A stretch of 64,000 nt of DNA, taken from positions 41,282-105,281 of the forward strand of contig CAVUFF010000005.1 in assembly GCA_963740655.1 (NCBI GenBank). Direction: 5' to 3'. The notes under the pieces were generated by a model. That model was not told where the DNA came from, made no database searches, and was given only the letters and a program-made list of their open reading frames with translations. Positions 31,713-40,464 of the stretch are shown here, one piece after another. This stretch comes from an uncultured Acidobacteriota bacterium. Its GTDB lineage: Bacteria > Acidobacteriota > Vicinamibacteria > Fen-336. The position numbers and the translations under genes were made by a program. The stretch's first letter is position 1; each line of letters starts with the position of its first letter.

Positions 31713-32486
31713 TTGGCCCGCTACCGCGTCACGCTCGCCTACGACGGCTCCGACTTCGCGGGCTTCCAGCTCCAGCGCGGCGCGGGCCGCACCGTCCAGG
31801 GCGAGCTCGAGCAGGCGCTCGGCCGTCTCGCGGGCGGCGAGCGCGTGGCCGTCGCCGCGGCGGGCCGAACCGACGCGGGCGTCCACGCGCTCGGACAGGT
31901 CGCGGCTTTCGAGCTGGCGCGCGCGCTCGAGCCCGCCCAGCTGCAGCGCGCGCTCAACGGCCTGCTGCCGGAGGACGTCCGCGTGACGCACGCCGCCCTC
32001 GCGCCGCCGGGCTTCCACCCGCGCAAGAGCGCGACGTCCAAGCTCTACCGCTACGTGCTCGACTGCGGCGGCGTCCAGCCGCCGCAGCGCCGCCGCTTCG
32101 CGGGCTACTGCCCGGACGCGCTCGACGAGACGGCGGTGCGCGCCGCCGCGGCGCTCTACGTCGGACGCCACGACTTCGCCTCGCTCGCCTCCTCGGGCTC
32201 GTCCGTGAAGACGACGGTGAGGACCGTCACGCGCTCCGAGCCGGCGTTCGAGCCCGGTACGCTCGTCTACGAGGCGGCGGCGGACGGCTTCCTGCGCAAG
32301 ATGGTCCGCAGCATGGTGGGCGGGCTGATCGCCGCGGGCCGCGGGGCGGCCTCCGTGGGCGAGCTCGAGCGAGCGCTCGCGGCGCGCGACCGACGGCTGT
32401 GGCCGGCCCCGGCGCCGGCCTGCGGGCTCACGCTGGTGCGCGTGGACTACCCGGCGGATTACCCGCTCGCTCCGCGGCGGGGCTAG
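31713..32486 (+). CDS. truA: tRNA pseudouridine(38-40) synthase
   Basis: TTG start; YDGSDFAGFQ, AGRTDAGVHA, GRHDFAS, FLRKMVR. Confidence 0.95.
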   Translation: MARYRVTLAYDGSDFAGFQLQRGAGRTVQGELEQALGRLAGGERVAVAAAGRTDAGVHALGQVAAFELARALEPAQLQRALNGLLPEDVRVTHAALAPPGFHPRKSATSKLYRYVLDCGGVQPPQRRRFAGYCPDALDETAVRAAAALYVGRHDFASLASSGSSVKTTVRTVTRSEPAFEPGTLVYEAAADGFLRKMVRSMVGGLIAAGRGAASVGELERALAARDRRLWPAPAPACGLTLVRVDYPADYPLAPRRG

Positions 32487-32503
32487 GATAGACGACCGCG
32501 GCC

Positions 32504-33286
32504 ATGGCGCTACAGGAGCTGCTCGAGGTCGTCCAGGCCGGCACCGGCGAGGAGGATCTGCTTCGCGCGATCGACTTCGCGAGGCTGCCGCGCCACGTGG
32601 CCGTGATCATGGACGGCAACGGGCGCTGGGCGCAGCTGCGGCAGAAACGGCGCGTCGAGGGCCACCGCGCGGGGATCGACGCCGTGCGCGACACGCTCGA
32701 GACCGCCGCACGGCTCGAGCTCGAGGTGCTCACCCTCTACGCCTTCTCGATCGAGAACTGGAAGCGGCCGGAGAGCGAGGTCGCGACGCTCATGGGCCTG
32801 CTCAAGCACTACCTGCGCAGCGAGCTCGACACGCTGCTGCGCAACAACATCCGCTTCCGGGTGGTGGGCCGCGGCCAGGAGCTCGACACCGACGTGCGCG
32901 ACGAGCTCGGGCGCGCCGTCGAGCGCACCGCGCGGAACACGGGGCTGCAGTTCAACATCGCTCTCAACTACGGCGGCCGCGCCGAGATCATCGACGCCGT
33001 GAGGCGCCTGTGCGCGGAGGTCGCACGCGGCGCCGTCGACGCCGAGTCGATCGACGAGGCTGCGCTCGCGAGCCGGCTCTACACGGCCGGACAGCCCGAC
33101 CCGGACCTGCTGATCCGCACGAGCGGAGAGCTGCGCGTCTCGAACTTCCTGCTGTGGCAGATCGCCTACTCCGAGATCTGGGTCACCGATGTGCTCTGGC
33201 CCGACTTCCGGCGCCGCCACCTGCTCCAGGCGATCCTCGACTTCCAGAAGCGTGAGCGACGCTACGGCGGAATCGTCCCGGCCTGA
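32504..33286 (+). CDS. uppS: Undecaprenyl diphosphate synthase
   Basis: HVAVIMDGNGRWA, YAFSIENWKRP, DLLIRTSGELRVSNFLLWQ. Confidence 0.97.
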   Translation: MALQELLEVVQAGTGEEDLLRAIDFARLPRHVAVIMDGNGRWAQLRQKRRVEGHRAGIDAVRDTLETAARLELEVLTLYAFSIENWKRPESEVATLMGLLKHYLRSELDTLLRNNIRFRVVGRGQELDTDVRDELGRAVERTARNTGLQFNIALNYGGRAEIIDAVRRLCAEVARGAVDAESIDEAALASRLYTAGQPDPDLLIRTSGELRVSNFLLWQIAYSEIWVTDVLWPDFRRRHLLQAILDFQKRERRYGGIVPA

Positions 33287-33287
33287 G

Positions 33288-34130
33288 CTGGGAGCGCCGC
33301 GCGGCCGGCGCGCACCCGGCTTCGCCAGGAACCTCGCGCTGCGCGTGGGGACGGCACTCGTGGCGCTGCCGCTCCTGCTGGCCGCGCTGCTCGTCGGTCC
33401 GTCCTGGCTCGCGCTCGCGATCGTGCTGGCCGCGCTCGGGCTGGGGCTCGCCGAGTTCTACGCGCTCGTGGCCGCGCGCGGGATCCGGCCGATGCCGCTC
33501 GCCGGGGCGCTGCTCTGCGCCAGCTTCTTCGCGGAGGTCGCCGCTCCCGGCTGGCTCGCGCTGCCGCCCGGCCCGCTCGCCGCGCTCGTCCTGCTCGTCG
33601 CCATGCTGCGTCGAGGCGTCGACCGGGACGCGGTCGGCGCCGGAGCCGCGACGCTGCTCGGCGCGCTCTATCTCGGGGTGCTGGGCGGCACGCTCGGCGC
33701 GCTGCGGCTGCGCCCGCCCGTCGAGGCCGGCGGCCGGCGCGTCGTGCTGCTGCTCGCGATCGTGATCCTCGCCGACACCTTCGCGTTCTTCGTGGGCCAC
33801 GCGCTCGGGCGGCGCCGTCTGGCCCCGAGCCTGTCGCCCGGCAAGACGGTCGAGGGCGCCATCGGCGGGCTCGTGGGCGGCGTGCTCGGAGCGCTGCTGG
33901 TCCAGAAGCTCGCGCTCGCGGAGCTGCCGCCGCTCCACGCGGCGGGCCTCGGTGTCGCCGTCTCCGCGCTGGGCATCGCCGGCGACCTCGAGGAGAGCCT
34001 GCTCAAGCGCTGGGCGGGCGCGAAGGACTCGGGCCGCCTGTTTCCCGGCCACGGCGGCATGCTCGACCGCCTCGATAGCTTGCTGTTCGGCGCGCCGGTC
34101 CTGTACTATTATTTCCAGTATCTGCGCTGA
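33288..34130 (+). CDS. cdsA: Phosphatidate cytidylyltransferase (start approximate)
   Basis: DTFAFFVG, SPGKTVEG, KDSGRLFPGHGGMLDRLDS. Confidence 0.93.
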   Translation: MGAPRGRRAPGFARNLALRVGTALVALPLLLAALLVGPSWLALAIVLAALGLGLAEFYALVAARGIRPMPLAGALLCASFFAEVAAPGWLALPPGPLAALVLLVAMLRRGVDRDAVGAGAATLLGALYLGVLGGTLGALRLRPPVEAGGRRVVLLLAIVILADTFAFFVGHALGRRRLAPSLSPGKTVEGAIGGLVGGVLGALLVQKLALAELPPLHAAGLGVAVSALGIAGDLEESLLKRWAGAKDSGRLFPGHGGMLDRLDSLLFGAPVLYYYFQYLR

Positions 34131-34154
34131 GCGCCGTGCCTCGCGCGGCTCCCC

Positions 34155-35330
34155 ATGAAAGGCCTCGCGATCCTCGGCTCGACGGGCTCGATCGGCGCGA
34201 ACGTGCTGCGCGTGGTCGACGCGTTCCCGGGCCGCTTCGAGGTCACGGGCCTCGCCGCCGGCAGGAACGTCGAGGAGCTCGCCGCGCAGGTCGCGCGGCA
34301 CCGGCCGCGCGTCGTCTCGGTCGCCGACGCGGAGGCGCGCGAGCGGCTCGGGCGGCTCGTGGACCTCTCCTCGGTGCGGGCGCTCACGGGGACCGAGGGC
34401 ATGGTCGAGGTGGCGACGCACCCCGAGGCGCGCATGGTGGTGGCCTCGGCGGTGGGTGCCGTCGGCCTGGTGCCCACCTATCGCGCGCTCGAGAGCGGCA
34501 AGGACGTGGCGCTCGCCAACAAGGAGACGCTCGTGATGGCGGGCGAGCTGATGCTGGCGCGCGCGCGGGAGACGGGGGCGCGCATCCTGCCGATCGACAG
34601 CGAGCACTGCGCGCTGCACGAGTGCCTGGACGGCCGCCGTCCCGAGCACGTACGGCGGCTGATCCTGACCGCCTCGGGGGGCCCGTTCCGCAACCGCCCG
34701 CGCGACAGCTTCCTCGAGATCACGCGCGAGGAGGCGCTCGCGCATCCGACCTGGCGCATGGGCCGCAAGATCACGATCGACTCCGCGACGCTCATGAACA
34801 AGGGGCTCGAGGTGATCGAGGCGCGCTTCCTGTTCGGCGTCCCCGCGGCGCGCATCGACGTGCTGATCCATCCGCAGTCGGTCGTCCACTCGATGGTGGA
34901 GCTGGTGGACGGCACCGTGCTGGCGCAGCTCGGGGTCACCGACATGCGGATGCCGATCCAGTACGCGCTCAGCTACCCCGAGAGGTGGGAGGCCGCGATC
35001 CCTGGGATGGACTTCGGCAAGCCGCTGCAGCTCGACTTCGCGCCGCCCGACCGCGAGCGCTTCCCGTGCCTTTCGCTCGCGTACCGGGCGCTCGAGCTCG
35101 GCGGCACCGCGCCCGCGGCGCTCAACGCCGCGAACGAGGAGGCCGTGCAGGCCTTCCTCGACGGGCGCGTGCCGTTTCTCGCGATCCCCGAGTCGATCCA
35201 GGAGGTGCTCGAGGGCGAGCCGTGCGCGCCGGTCGCGACGCTCGATGACGTGCTGGCGGCCGATCGCCGGGCGAGGGAGCGCGCCCGGCAGGCCCTCGCG
35301 CGCCGCGCCGTGGCGCGCGCGATCCACTAG
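34155..35330 (+). CDS. dxr: 1-deoxy-D-xylulose-5-phosphate reductoisomerase
   Basis: LGSTGSIG, LANKETLV, PIDSEH, LTASGGPF, TIDSATLMNKGLE. Confidence 0.97.
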   Translation: MKGLAILGSTGSIGANVLRVVDAFPGRFEVTGLAAGRNVEELAAQVARHRPRVVSVADAEARERLGRLVDLSSVRALTGTEGMVEVATHPEARMVVASAVGAVGLVPTYRALESGKDVALANKETLVMAGELMLARARETGARILPIDSEHCALHECLDGRRPEHVRRLILTASGGPFRNRPRDSFLEITREEALAHPTWRMGRKITIDSATLMNKGLEVIEARFLFGVPAARIDVLIHPQSVVHSMVELVDGTVLAQLGVTDMRMPIQYALSYPERWEAAIPGMDFGKPLQLDFAPPDRERFPCLSLAYRALELGGTAPAALNAANEEAVQAFLDGRVPFLAIPESIQEVLEGEPCAPVATLDDVLAADRRARERARQALARRAVARAIH

Positions 35331-35363
35331 GCGGCGCTCCGCAGCTCATCGGAAACGGAACTC

Positions 35364-36686
35364 ATGGACTTCCTCAGGACCTCGCTCGCTTTCGTGGCCG
35401 TGCTCGGCATCATCATCTTCGTGCACGAGTTCGGACACCTGATCACCGCCAAGGCGTTCGGGATGCGCGTCTTCATCTTCTCGTTCGGCTTCGGCAAGCG
35501 CCTGTTCGGCTTCCAGTGGGGCGACACCGACTGCCGCGTGTCGGCGATCCCGCTCGGCGGCTACGTCAAGCTCGAGGGCGAGCCCGGCGACAACCTGAGC
35601 GAGGACACGAGCGCGCGCGGCGACGGACGCGACTTCGTCTCGCGCCCGCGCTGGCAGCGCTTCCTCGTCTACCTCGCCGGCCCGATCATGAACGCGGCGC
35701 TCACGATCAGCGTGCTCACCGGCTTCTACATGGTGGGCTTCGCGGTCGAGGCCAGCCGCTACGACCGTCCGATCATCGGTGCCGTCGACCCCGGCTCGCC
35801 CGCGCAGAAGGCCGGGCTCGTGCCGGGCGACGAGATCCTGTCGATCGACGACAAGGCGCTGCCGTCCTGGGAGGACGCGCAGTACCACATCCTGATCCGG
35901 CCCGACACCACGCTCAAGCTCCACGTGCGGGGTGTCGGCGGCGAGCGCGACGTCACGCTGCGCTCGGAGGCCACCACGGCCGAGCGGATCGGCTCGATCG
36001 GCGCCCACCCGCTCGTGCGCGTCGGCCTGGTGGTCGCCGGCCAGCCCGCCGAGGCGGCCGGGCTCAAGACCGACGACGCCATCCTCGCGATCGACGGCAA
36101 GCCCGTCACCAGCTTCTCGGAGATCCCGCCCATCGTCGGCGGCGCAGCCGGCAAGGCGCTCGCGTTCCGCATCTACCGCGACGGGCAGACGCTCGAGCTC
36201 AAGATCGCGCCGAAGGACACGAGCTCGGGACCGCGCGTCGGGATCGGCCCGAAGACGGTCCTCAAGCAGTTCGGCCCGGGCGGGGCCTTCGTCGAGGCGC
36301 TGCGCTGGAGCTGGGACATGACGAAGCAGACCTTCGACGTGATCGGGCGCCTGGTGACGGCGCGCATCTCGCCGAAGTCGATGATGGGGCCGCTCGGGAT
36401 CGCGCAGGCCTCCGGCGACGCCGCGCGCAACGGCCCCGGCACGCTGCTGTTCCTGGTCGCCGTGATCAGCCTGCAGGTCGGGATCCTGAACCTGTTCCCG
36501 CTCGCCCCGCTCGACGGCGGGCACCTCGCGATCCTGGCGGTCGAGGGCGTGGCGCGGCGCGACATGAGCCCGCTCATCAAGAGCTGGATCATGAACGCAG
36601 GCGCCGCCGTGATCTTCCTGCTGATCGGCCTCGTGCTCTACTCGGACATCAGCAAGATGTCCTTCGTCCAGCGCCTGCTCCAGTAG
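35364..36686 (+). CDS. rseP: RIP metalloprotease RseP with two PDZ domains
   Basis: HEFGH, NLFPLAPLDGG. Confidence 0.95.
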   Translation: MDFLRTSLAFVAVLGIIIFVHEFGHLITAKAFGMRVFIFSFGFGKRLFGFQWGDTDCRVSAIPLGGYVKLEGEPGDNLSEDTSARGDGRDFVSRPRWQRFLVYLAGPIMNAALTISVLTGFYMVGFAVEASRYDRPIIGAVDPGSPAQKAGLVPGDEILSIDDKALPSWEDAQYHILIRPDTTLKLHVRGVGGERDVTLRSEATTAERIGSIGAHPLVRVGLVVAGQPAEAAGLKTDDAILAIDGKPVTSFSEIPPIVGGAAGKALAFRIYRDGQTLELKIAPKDTSSGPRVGIGPKTVLKQFGPGGAFVEALRWSWDMTKQTFDVIGRLVTARISPKSMMGPLGIAQASGDAARNGPGTLLFLVAVISLQVGILNLFPLAPLDGGHLAILAVEGVARRDMSPLIKSWIMNAGAAVIFLLIGLVLYSDISKMSFVQRLLQ

Positions 36687-36701
36687 CGGGCGCCGGACCC
36701 C

Positions 36702-37097
36702 TCACGGCTTGGGCGGTGGCGGCGGCGGGGCCGGCGTGCGGCCCCAGTCGGGGGTGAAGCCCGGGTCGAGCGCGAAGGCCTTGGCGAAGAGCTCCTTGGC
36801 CTGCTGCTTGTCCGCCGTCAGCCGCTTCGTCGGCTCGGCGATCTTGTAGTGCGTATAGCCGAGGTAGAAAGCGGCCGCGGCGCTCTGCGGGTCGGCGGCG
36901 AGTGCTTTCTCGAAGTCCGCCTGGGCGGCCTTGAAATGGCGCTTCTTGAAGGCCGCCTGGCCGGCGGCGATCGCCGAGGGGGCGTCCGCGGCCGAGGCGG
37001 GAGCGTCGGCGGCGGGCCGGGCGTGCGGCTCGGCTGCGGGGGGCGGCGCGTCCTGCGGCAGGAGCGCGGCGAGCACGAGAAAGGCGGCGAGCGGCAT
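36702..37097 (-). CDS. Exported TPR-like protein
   Basis: Signal peptide; AAIAAGQAAF...ALAADPQSAAAAFYLG TPR-like helices; Pro-rich ends. Confidence 0.7.
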   Translation of the reverse strand: MPLAAFLVLAALLPQDAPPPAAEPHARPAADAPASAADAPSAIAAGQAAFKKRHFKAAQADFEKALAADPQSAAAAFYLGYTHYKIAEPTKRLTADKQQAKELFAKAFALDPGFTPDWGRTPAPPPPPPKP

Positions 37098-37156
37098 GGC
37101 GTGCCTCCTCTGAAGGGTAACGAGTAAGGAGACTTCTATCTTACGCCGGGCCGGCT

Positions 37157-37170
37157 GTGAGGGCCCTCAC
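37157..37170. promoter_or_regulatory. Perfect 14-bp palindrome GTGAGGGCCCTCAC
   Basis: Lies at about the -35 position relative to a minus-strand TAAGAT (37138-43) upstream of the TPR gene. Confidence 0.35.
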
Positions 37171-37173
37171 GGG

Positions 37174-37728
37174 CTAGCTCTGGGGTCCGAGGACCTGGAT
37201 GCGCCCGATGCCGACCCCGCCTGGCACGCGGTTCGTGAACGGGAACACCGTCAACCCGAGCTGGATCGAGACGGCCTCGGTGTTGTCGCTGCCGTTTCCG
37301 GTGAGCGGGTCGCGCGGCACGTTGTACAGGACGAGGTAGTAGGTGCCGGAGTTGAGCGAGGTCGTGACGAGCACGCGCGGCTTCGGGTCCTTGGTCTCGG
37401 ACATCAGGAAGAACGGGCAGCTGCGGCCGGCGAGCTGCGAGTAGCTGCAGTTCGTGTCGCTCATGTAGACGTACATCCACGTGTTGTCGAACGTCCAGTC
37501 CACCGAAATGTCGACGATGCCCTTCTGCGTGATCGGGATCTCGAGCGACACCCAGGTGTCCGTCTGGAAGCCCGAGAAGGAGGTCTGGGCGATGACCCCG
37601 CGCACGGGCTCCGGCGTGATCACGGCGACGGGCGGACGCACCGTCTCGTCGCCGCCGCACGCCGAAAGCGCGAGGACGACCGCGGCCACCCAGGCCCGGC
37701 GAAGCGTTCTACCCGCGCCGAAGTTCAT
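37174..37728 (-). CDS. Lipoprotein of unknown function
   Basis: Lipobox LSAC after a hydrophobic stretch; beta-rich mature region. Confidence 0.75.
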   Translation of the reverse strand: MNFGAGRTLRRAWVAAVVLALSACGGDETVRPPVAVITPEPVRGVIAQTSFSGFQTDTWVSLEIPITQKGIVDISVDWTFDNTWMYVYMSDTNCSYSQLAGRSCPFFLMSETKDPKPRVLVTTSLNSGTYYLVLYNVPRDPLTGNGSDNTEAVSIQLGLTVFPFTNRVPGGVGIGRIQVLGPQS

Positions 37729-37870
37729 TCGCTATGACCCCCGGCAGATTCTAGGACCCCACCCTCGAGAGCGCAAACGGCGGAGGCTCCGCCGCCCACC
37801 GGCCCCGAGCCCTTCCTCGCCACCGGCCGTTCCCATAGAATGCCGCTCGAGCGACTCGACCGCCGTGACG

Positions 37871-39325
37871 ATGCCCCTCCTCCCGTGTCGCGCGGTCCTG
37901 GCCCGGCTCATGGCCTGTGGCCTCGCGTCGCTCGCCGCCGGGCCGGTGCGCGCGGCGGAGTCCCCCCGGCCCGCCGCGGCGCCGCAAGCCGCGGCGCAGC
38001 CGGACGTGATCGACATCGAGTACACGGCGCCCGCGTGCGTCGCGGCGGGCAAGTACTCGCGGCTCGCCGCCTGCTTCCGTCCCGCCGGCCAGCTGGCGCG
38101 AGCGCGCGTCTACTTCCGCGCCGCGGGGACGACCGACTGGTTCTACGTCGAGATGACGCGCGACATGCCGTGCTACCGCGCCCTGCTGCCGCGCGTCCGC
38201 AAGGAGGTCGCCCGCATCGAGTACTACATCTCGGCGACCGACCGCCGCTCCTCGGAGTTCCGGACCCGGGACGGCTCGCTGCGCGTGACGGCGGACGGCC
38301 GCTGCGCGGAGGGTCCGCTCGCGCCGATCGCGGATTCGGGAAGCGTCGTGATCGGCTCGGTCTCGGGCGCGGCGCCCGCCGGCTTCGTCACGGGCGGCGG
38401 GCTGTCGCCGCTGCTGGTGGCGGGCGGCGTCGCCGTCGTCGGCGGAGGCGCCGCGGCGGTGATCGTGAAGGGCGGCGACGAGCCGACCACCACGACGACC
38501 ACCACGACCTCGACCACGACCGCCACGACGACCACCACGACCACCGCCACCACGACCACCACGACGACGCTGCCGCCCGTGACCACGACCACTACGACGA
38601 TGCCGTGCGAGTCGCCGAACCAGAAGCCGGTCGCGAACATCACGAGCCCCTCGACGGGGCCCGTCGGGAACCCGGTCGCGATCGTGGCGACCGCGAGCGA
38701 TCCCGCTCCCGGCTCGGGGGTGAAGGAAGTGCGCTTCGGCTACCAGTACTGCCCGGGCGGCGTGTGCGGAGCCGAGGTCGCGATCGGCACGGCGACGAGC
38801 GCCCCCTACAGCGTCTCGTGGTCGAACCAGCCGAGCTGCGGCGCGGCCCCGGAAGACCGCTTCAAGCTGCTGGCGCGCGCGGTCGACAACTGCGGCAACG
38901 TGAGCGATCCGGCCTTCGTCGACGTGCGCTCGGTCGGCCGCGGCTGCTTCCGCTTCGCCTCGACCGGGGCGCGCAGCGTCGCCTGGCAGAGCGAACTGCA
39001 GCTCGAGGGCGGCAGAGGCCAGGTCGTCGTGGACGGCACCGAGGCGGTCTTCCCGGACGCGGGCTTGGCGTCCTTCGCGAGCGCGCTCGGGCCGGGGGCG
39101 CACCGCTTCGAGGCGACGCTCGTGGACGCGCGCAGCGGCGGCCGGCGCGAAGGCGGGGCGGCGGGGATGTGGCGCTTCGACCTGTCGGCGCTGCGCGTGC
39201 GCGCGGGGTCTCTGCGCGTCGTGGCAGGCGAGGTGGCTCAGCTGGCCGCCGACACCGTGGCGTTCCGGCTGCACGGGCGCTCCGGCGAGCGCGTCGTGTT
39301 CGCGTTCGAGGTGGTGGGCCCTTAG
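37871..39325 (+). CDS. Exported multidomain protein with Gly/Ala hydrophobic segment, poly-Thr linker and Ig-like domain
   Basis: ATG 37871; signal-like N-terminus; LLVAGGVAVVGGGAAAVIV; poly-Thr tract; ATASDP...GVKEVRF...APYSVSW Ig-like segment. Confidence 0.75.
   Translation: MPLLPCRAVLARLMACGLASLAAGPVRAAESPRPAAAPQAAAQPDVIDIEYTAPACVAAGKYSRLAACFRPAGQLARARVYFRAAGTTDWFYVEMTRDMPCYRALLPRVRKEVARIEYYISATDRRSSEFRTRDGSLRVTADGRCAEGPLAPIADSGSVVIGSVSGAAPAGFVTGGGLSPLLVAGGVAVVGGGAAAVIVKGGDEPTTTTTTTTSTTTATTTTTTTATTTTTTTLPPVTTTTTTMPCESPNQKPVANITSPSTGPVGNPVAIVATASDPAPGSGVKEVRFGYQYCPGGVCGAEVAIGTATSAPYSVSWSNQPSCGAAPEDRFKLLARAVDNCGNVSDPAFVDVRSVGRGCFRFASTGARSVAWQSELQLEGGRGQVVVDGTEAVFPDAGLASFASALGPGAHRFEATLVDARSGGRREGGAAGMWRFDLSALRVRAGSLRVVAGEVAQLAADTVAFRLHGRSGERVVFAFEVVGP
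38486..38600 (+). repeat. In-frame ACC/ACG low-complexity repeat encoding a poly-Thr tract
   Basis: Encodes TTTTTTTSTTTATTTTTTTATTTTTTTLPPVTTTTTT. Confidence 0.9.
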
Positions 39326-39338
39326 CCGCGCCCGGCGG

Positions 39339-40451
39339 CTAGCTCGCCCCGTAGAAGGCGCGGATCTCGCGCGCGATCCGCTCGACCGCCTCGAGCGGCA
39401 GCTCCGGGTAGAGCGGGATCTGCAGCACCTCGCGCGACAGGCGCTCCGAGACCGGCAGGTCGCCCGGCTTGCCGCCCGCCGCGGCCATCGCCGGCTGCAG
39501 GTGGATCGGCCGCGGGTAGTGGAGCGCGGTCGCGATCCCGCGCGCCTGGAGGTGTGCCTGGAGCTCGTCGCGCCGCTCGGCGCGCAGCGTGTAGAGGTGC
39601 CAGGCCGAGCGGCCCCAGCCCTGCTCGCGCGGCAGCACGAGCCCCGGCGTGCCGTGGAGCAGGCGGTCGTAGGCGAGCGCGCGCTCGAGCCGCTCGGCCG
39701 TCCAGCGCTCGAGCTGCCGCAGCTTGACGCGCAGCACCGCGGCCTGCAGCGCGTCGAGCCGGCTGTTGGTGCCCAGGACGACGTTGTCGTACTTGTGCGT
39801 CCCGCCGCCGTGGTTGGCGATCTGCCGCACGCGCGCCGCGAAGTCGTCGTCGCTCGTCGTCACCATCCCGGCGTCGCCGTAGGCGCCCAGGTTCTTGCCC
39901 GGGTAGAAGCTGAAGCAGGCCGCGTGGCCGAGGCTGCCCGCGCGGCGGCCGCCTGCCTCGGCGCCGTGGGCCTGGGCGGCATCCTCGAGCACGGGCAGGC
40001 CGTGGCGGGCCGCCAGGGCGCCGATCGCCGCGACGTTCGCGGGGTGCCCGTAGAGGTGGACGAGGAGGATCAGCTTCGTGCGCGGGGTGAGAGCCGGCTC
40101 GATCTTCGCGGGATCCATCGTGAACGAGGCCTCGTCCACGTCCACGAACACCGGGCGCGCCCCGTTCAGCAGGATCGCCTCGCCGGTGGCGATGAACGTG
40201 TTCGCGACGGTCAGCACCTCGTCGCCCGGCCCGATGCCGTACGCCCGCAGCGCCAGCGTCAGCGCGTCGGTGCCGTTCGCGACACCCACGGCGTGGCGCG
40301 CGCCGCAGAAGGCCGCGAACTCCTGCTCGAACAGCCGGCACTCCTCGCCGCCGATGAACCGCGTGCTCGCGACCACGCGCGCGATCGCCTCGTCGACCTC
40401 CGGCTGGATGCGCTGGTACTGGGCGCGCAGGTCGACGATCGGGACATTCAT
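39339..40451 (-). CDS. DegT/DnrJ/EryC1/StrS-family sugar aminotransferase
   Basis: VANGTDAL, EDAAQAHG, SFYPGKNLGAYGDAG, NSRLDALQAA. Confidence 0.95.
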   Translation of the reverse strand: MNVPIVDLRAQYQRIQPEVDEAIARVVASTRFIGGEECRLFEQEFAAFCGARHAVGVANGTDALTLALRAYGIGPGDEVLTVANTFIATGEAILLNGARPVFVDVDEASFTMDPAKIEPALTPRTKLILLVHLYGHPANVAAIGALAARHGLPVLEDAAQAHGAEAGGRRAGSLGHAACFSFYPGKNLGAYGDAGMVTTSDDDFAARVRQIANHGGGTHKYDNVVLGTNSRLDALQAAVLRVKLRQLERWTAERLERALAYDRLLHGTPGLVLPREQGWGRSAWHLYTLRAERRDELQAHLQARGIATALHYPRPIHLQPAMAAAGGKPGDLPVSERLSREVLQIPLYPELPLEAVERIAREIRAFYGAS

Positions 40452-40464
40452 GGCCGCGAGCAGT

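Noticed and set aside
38542-38552. CACCGCCACCA matching the tRNA 3' end (possible attR of an island)
   Set aside because: Only 11 bp, inside Thr/Ala codons of the poly-Thr tract; no integrase, and housekeeping genes lie between the two copies.
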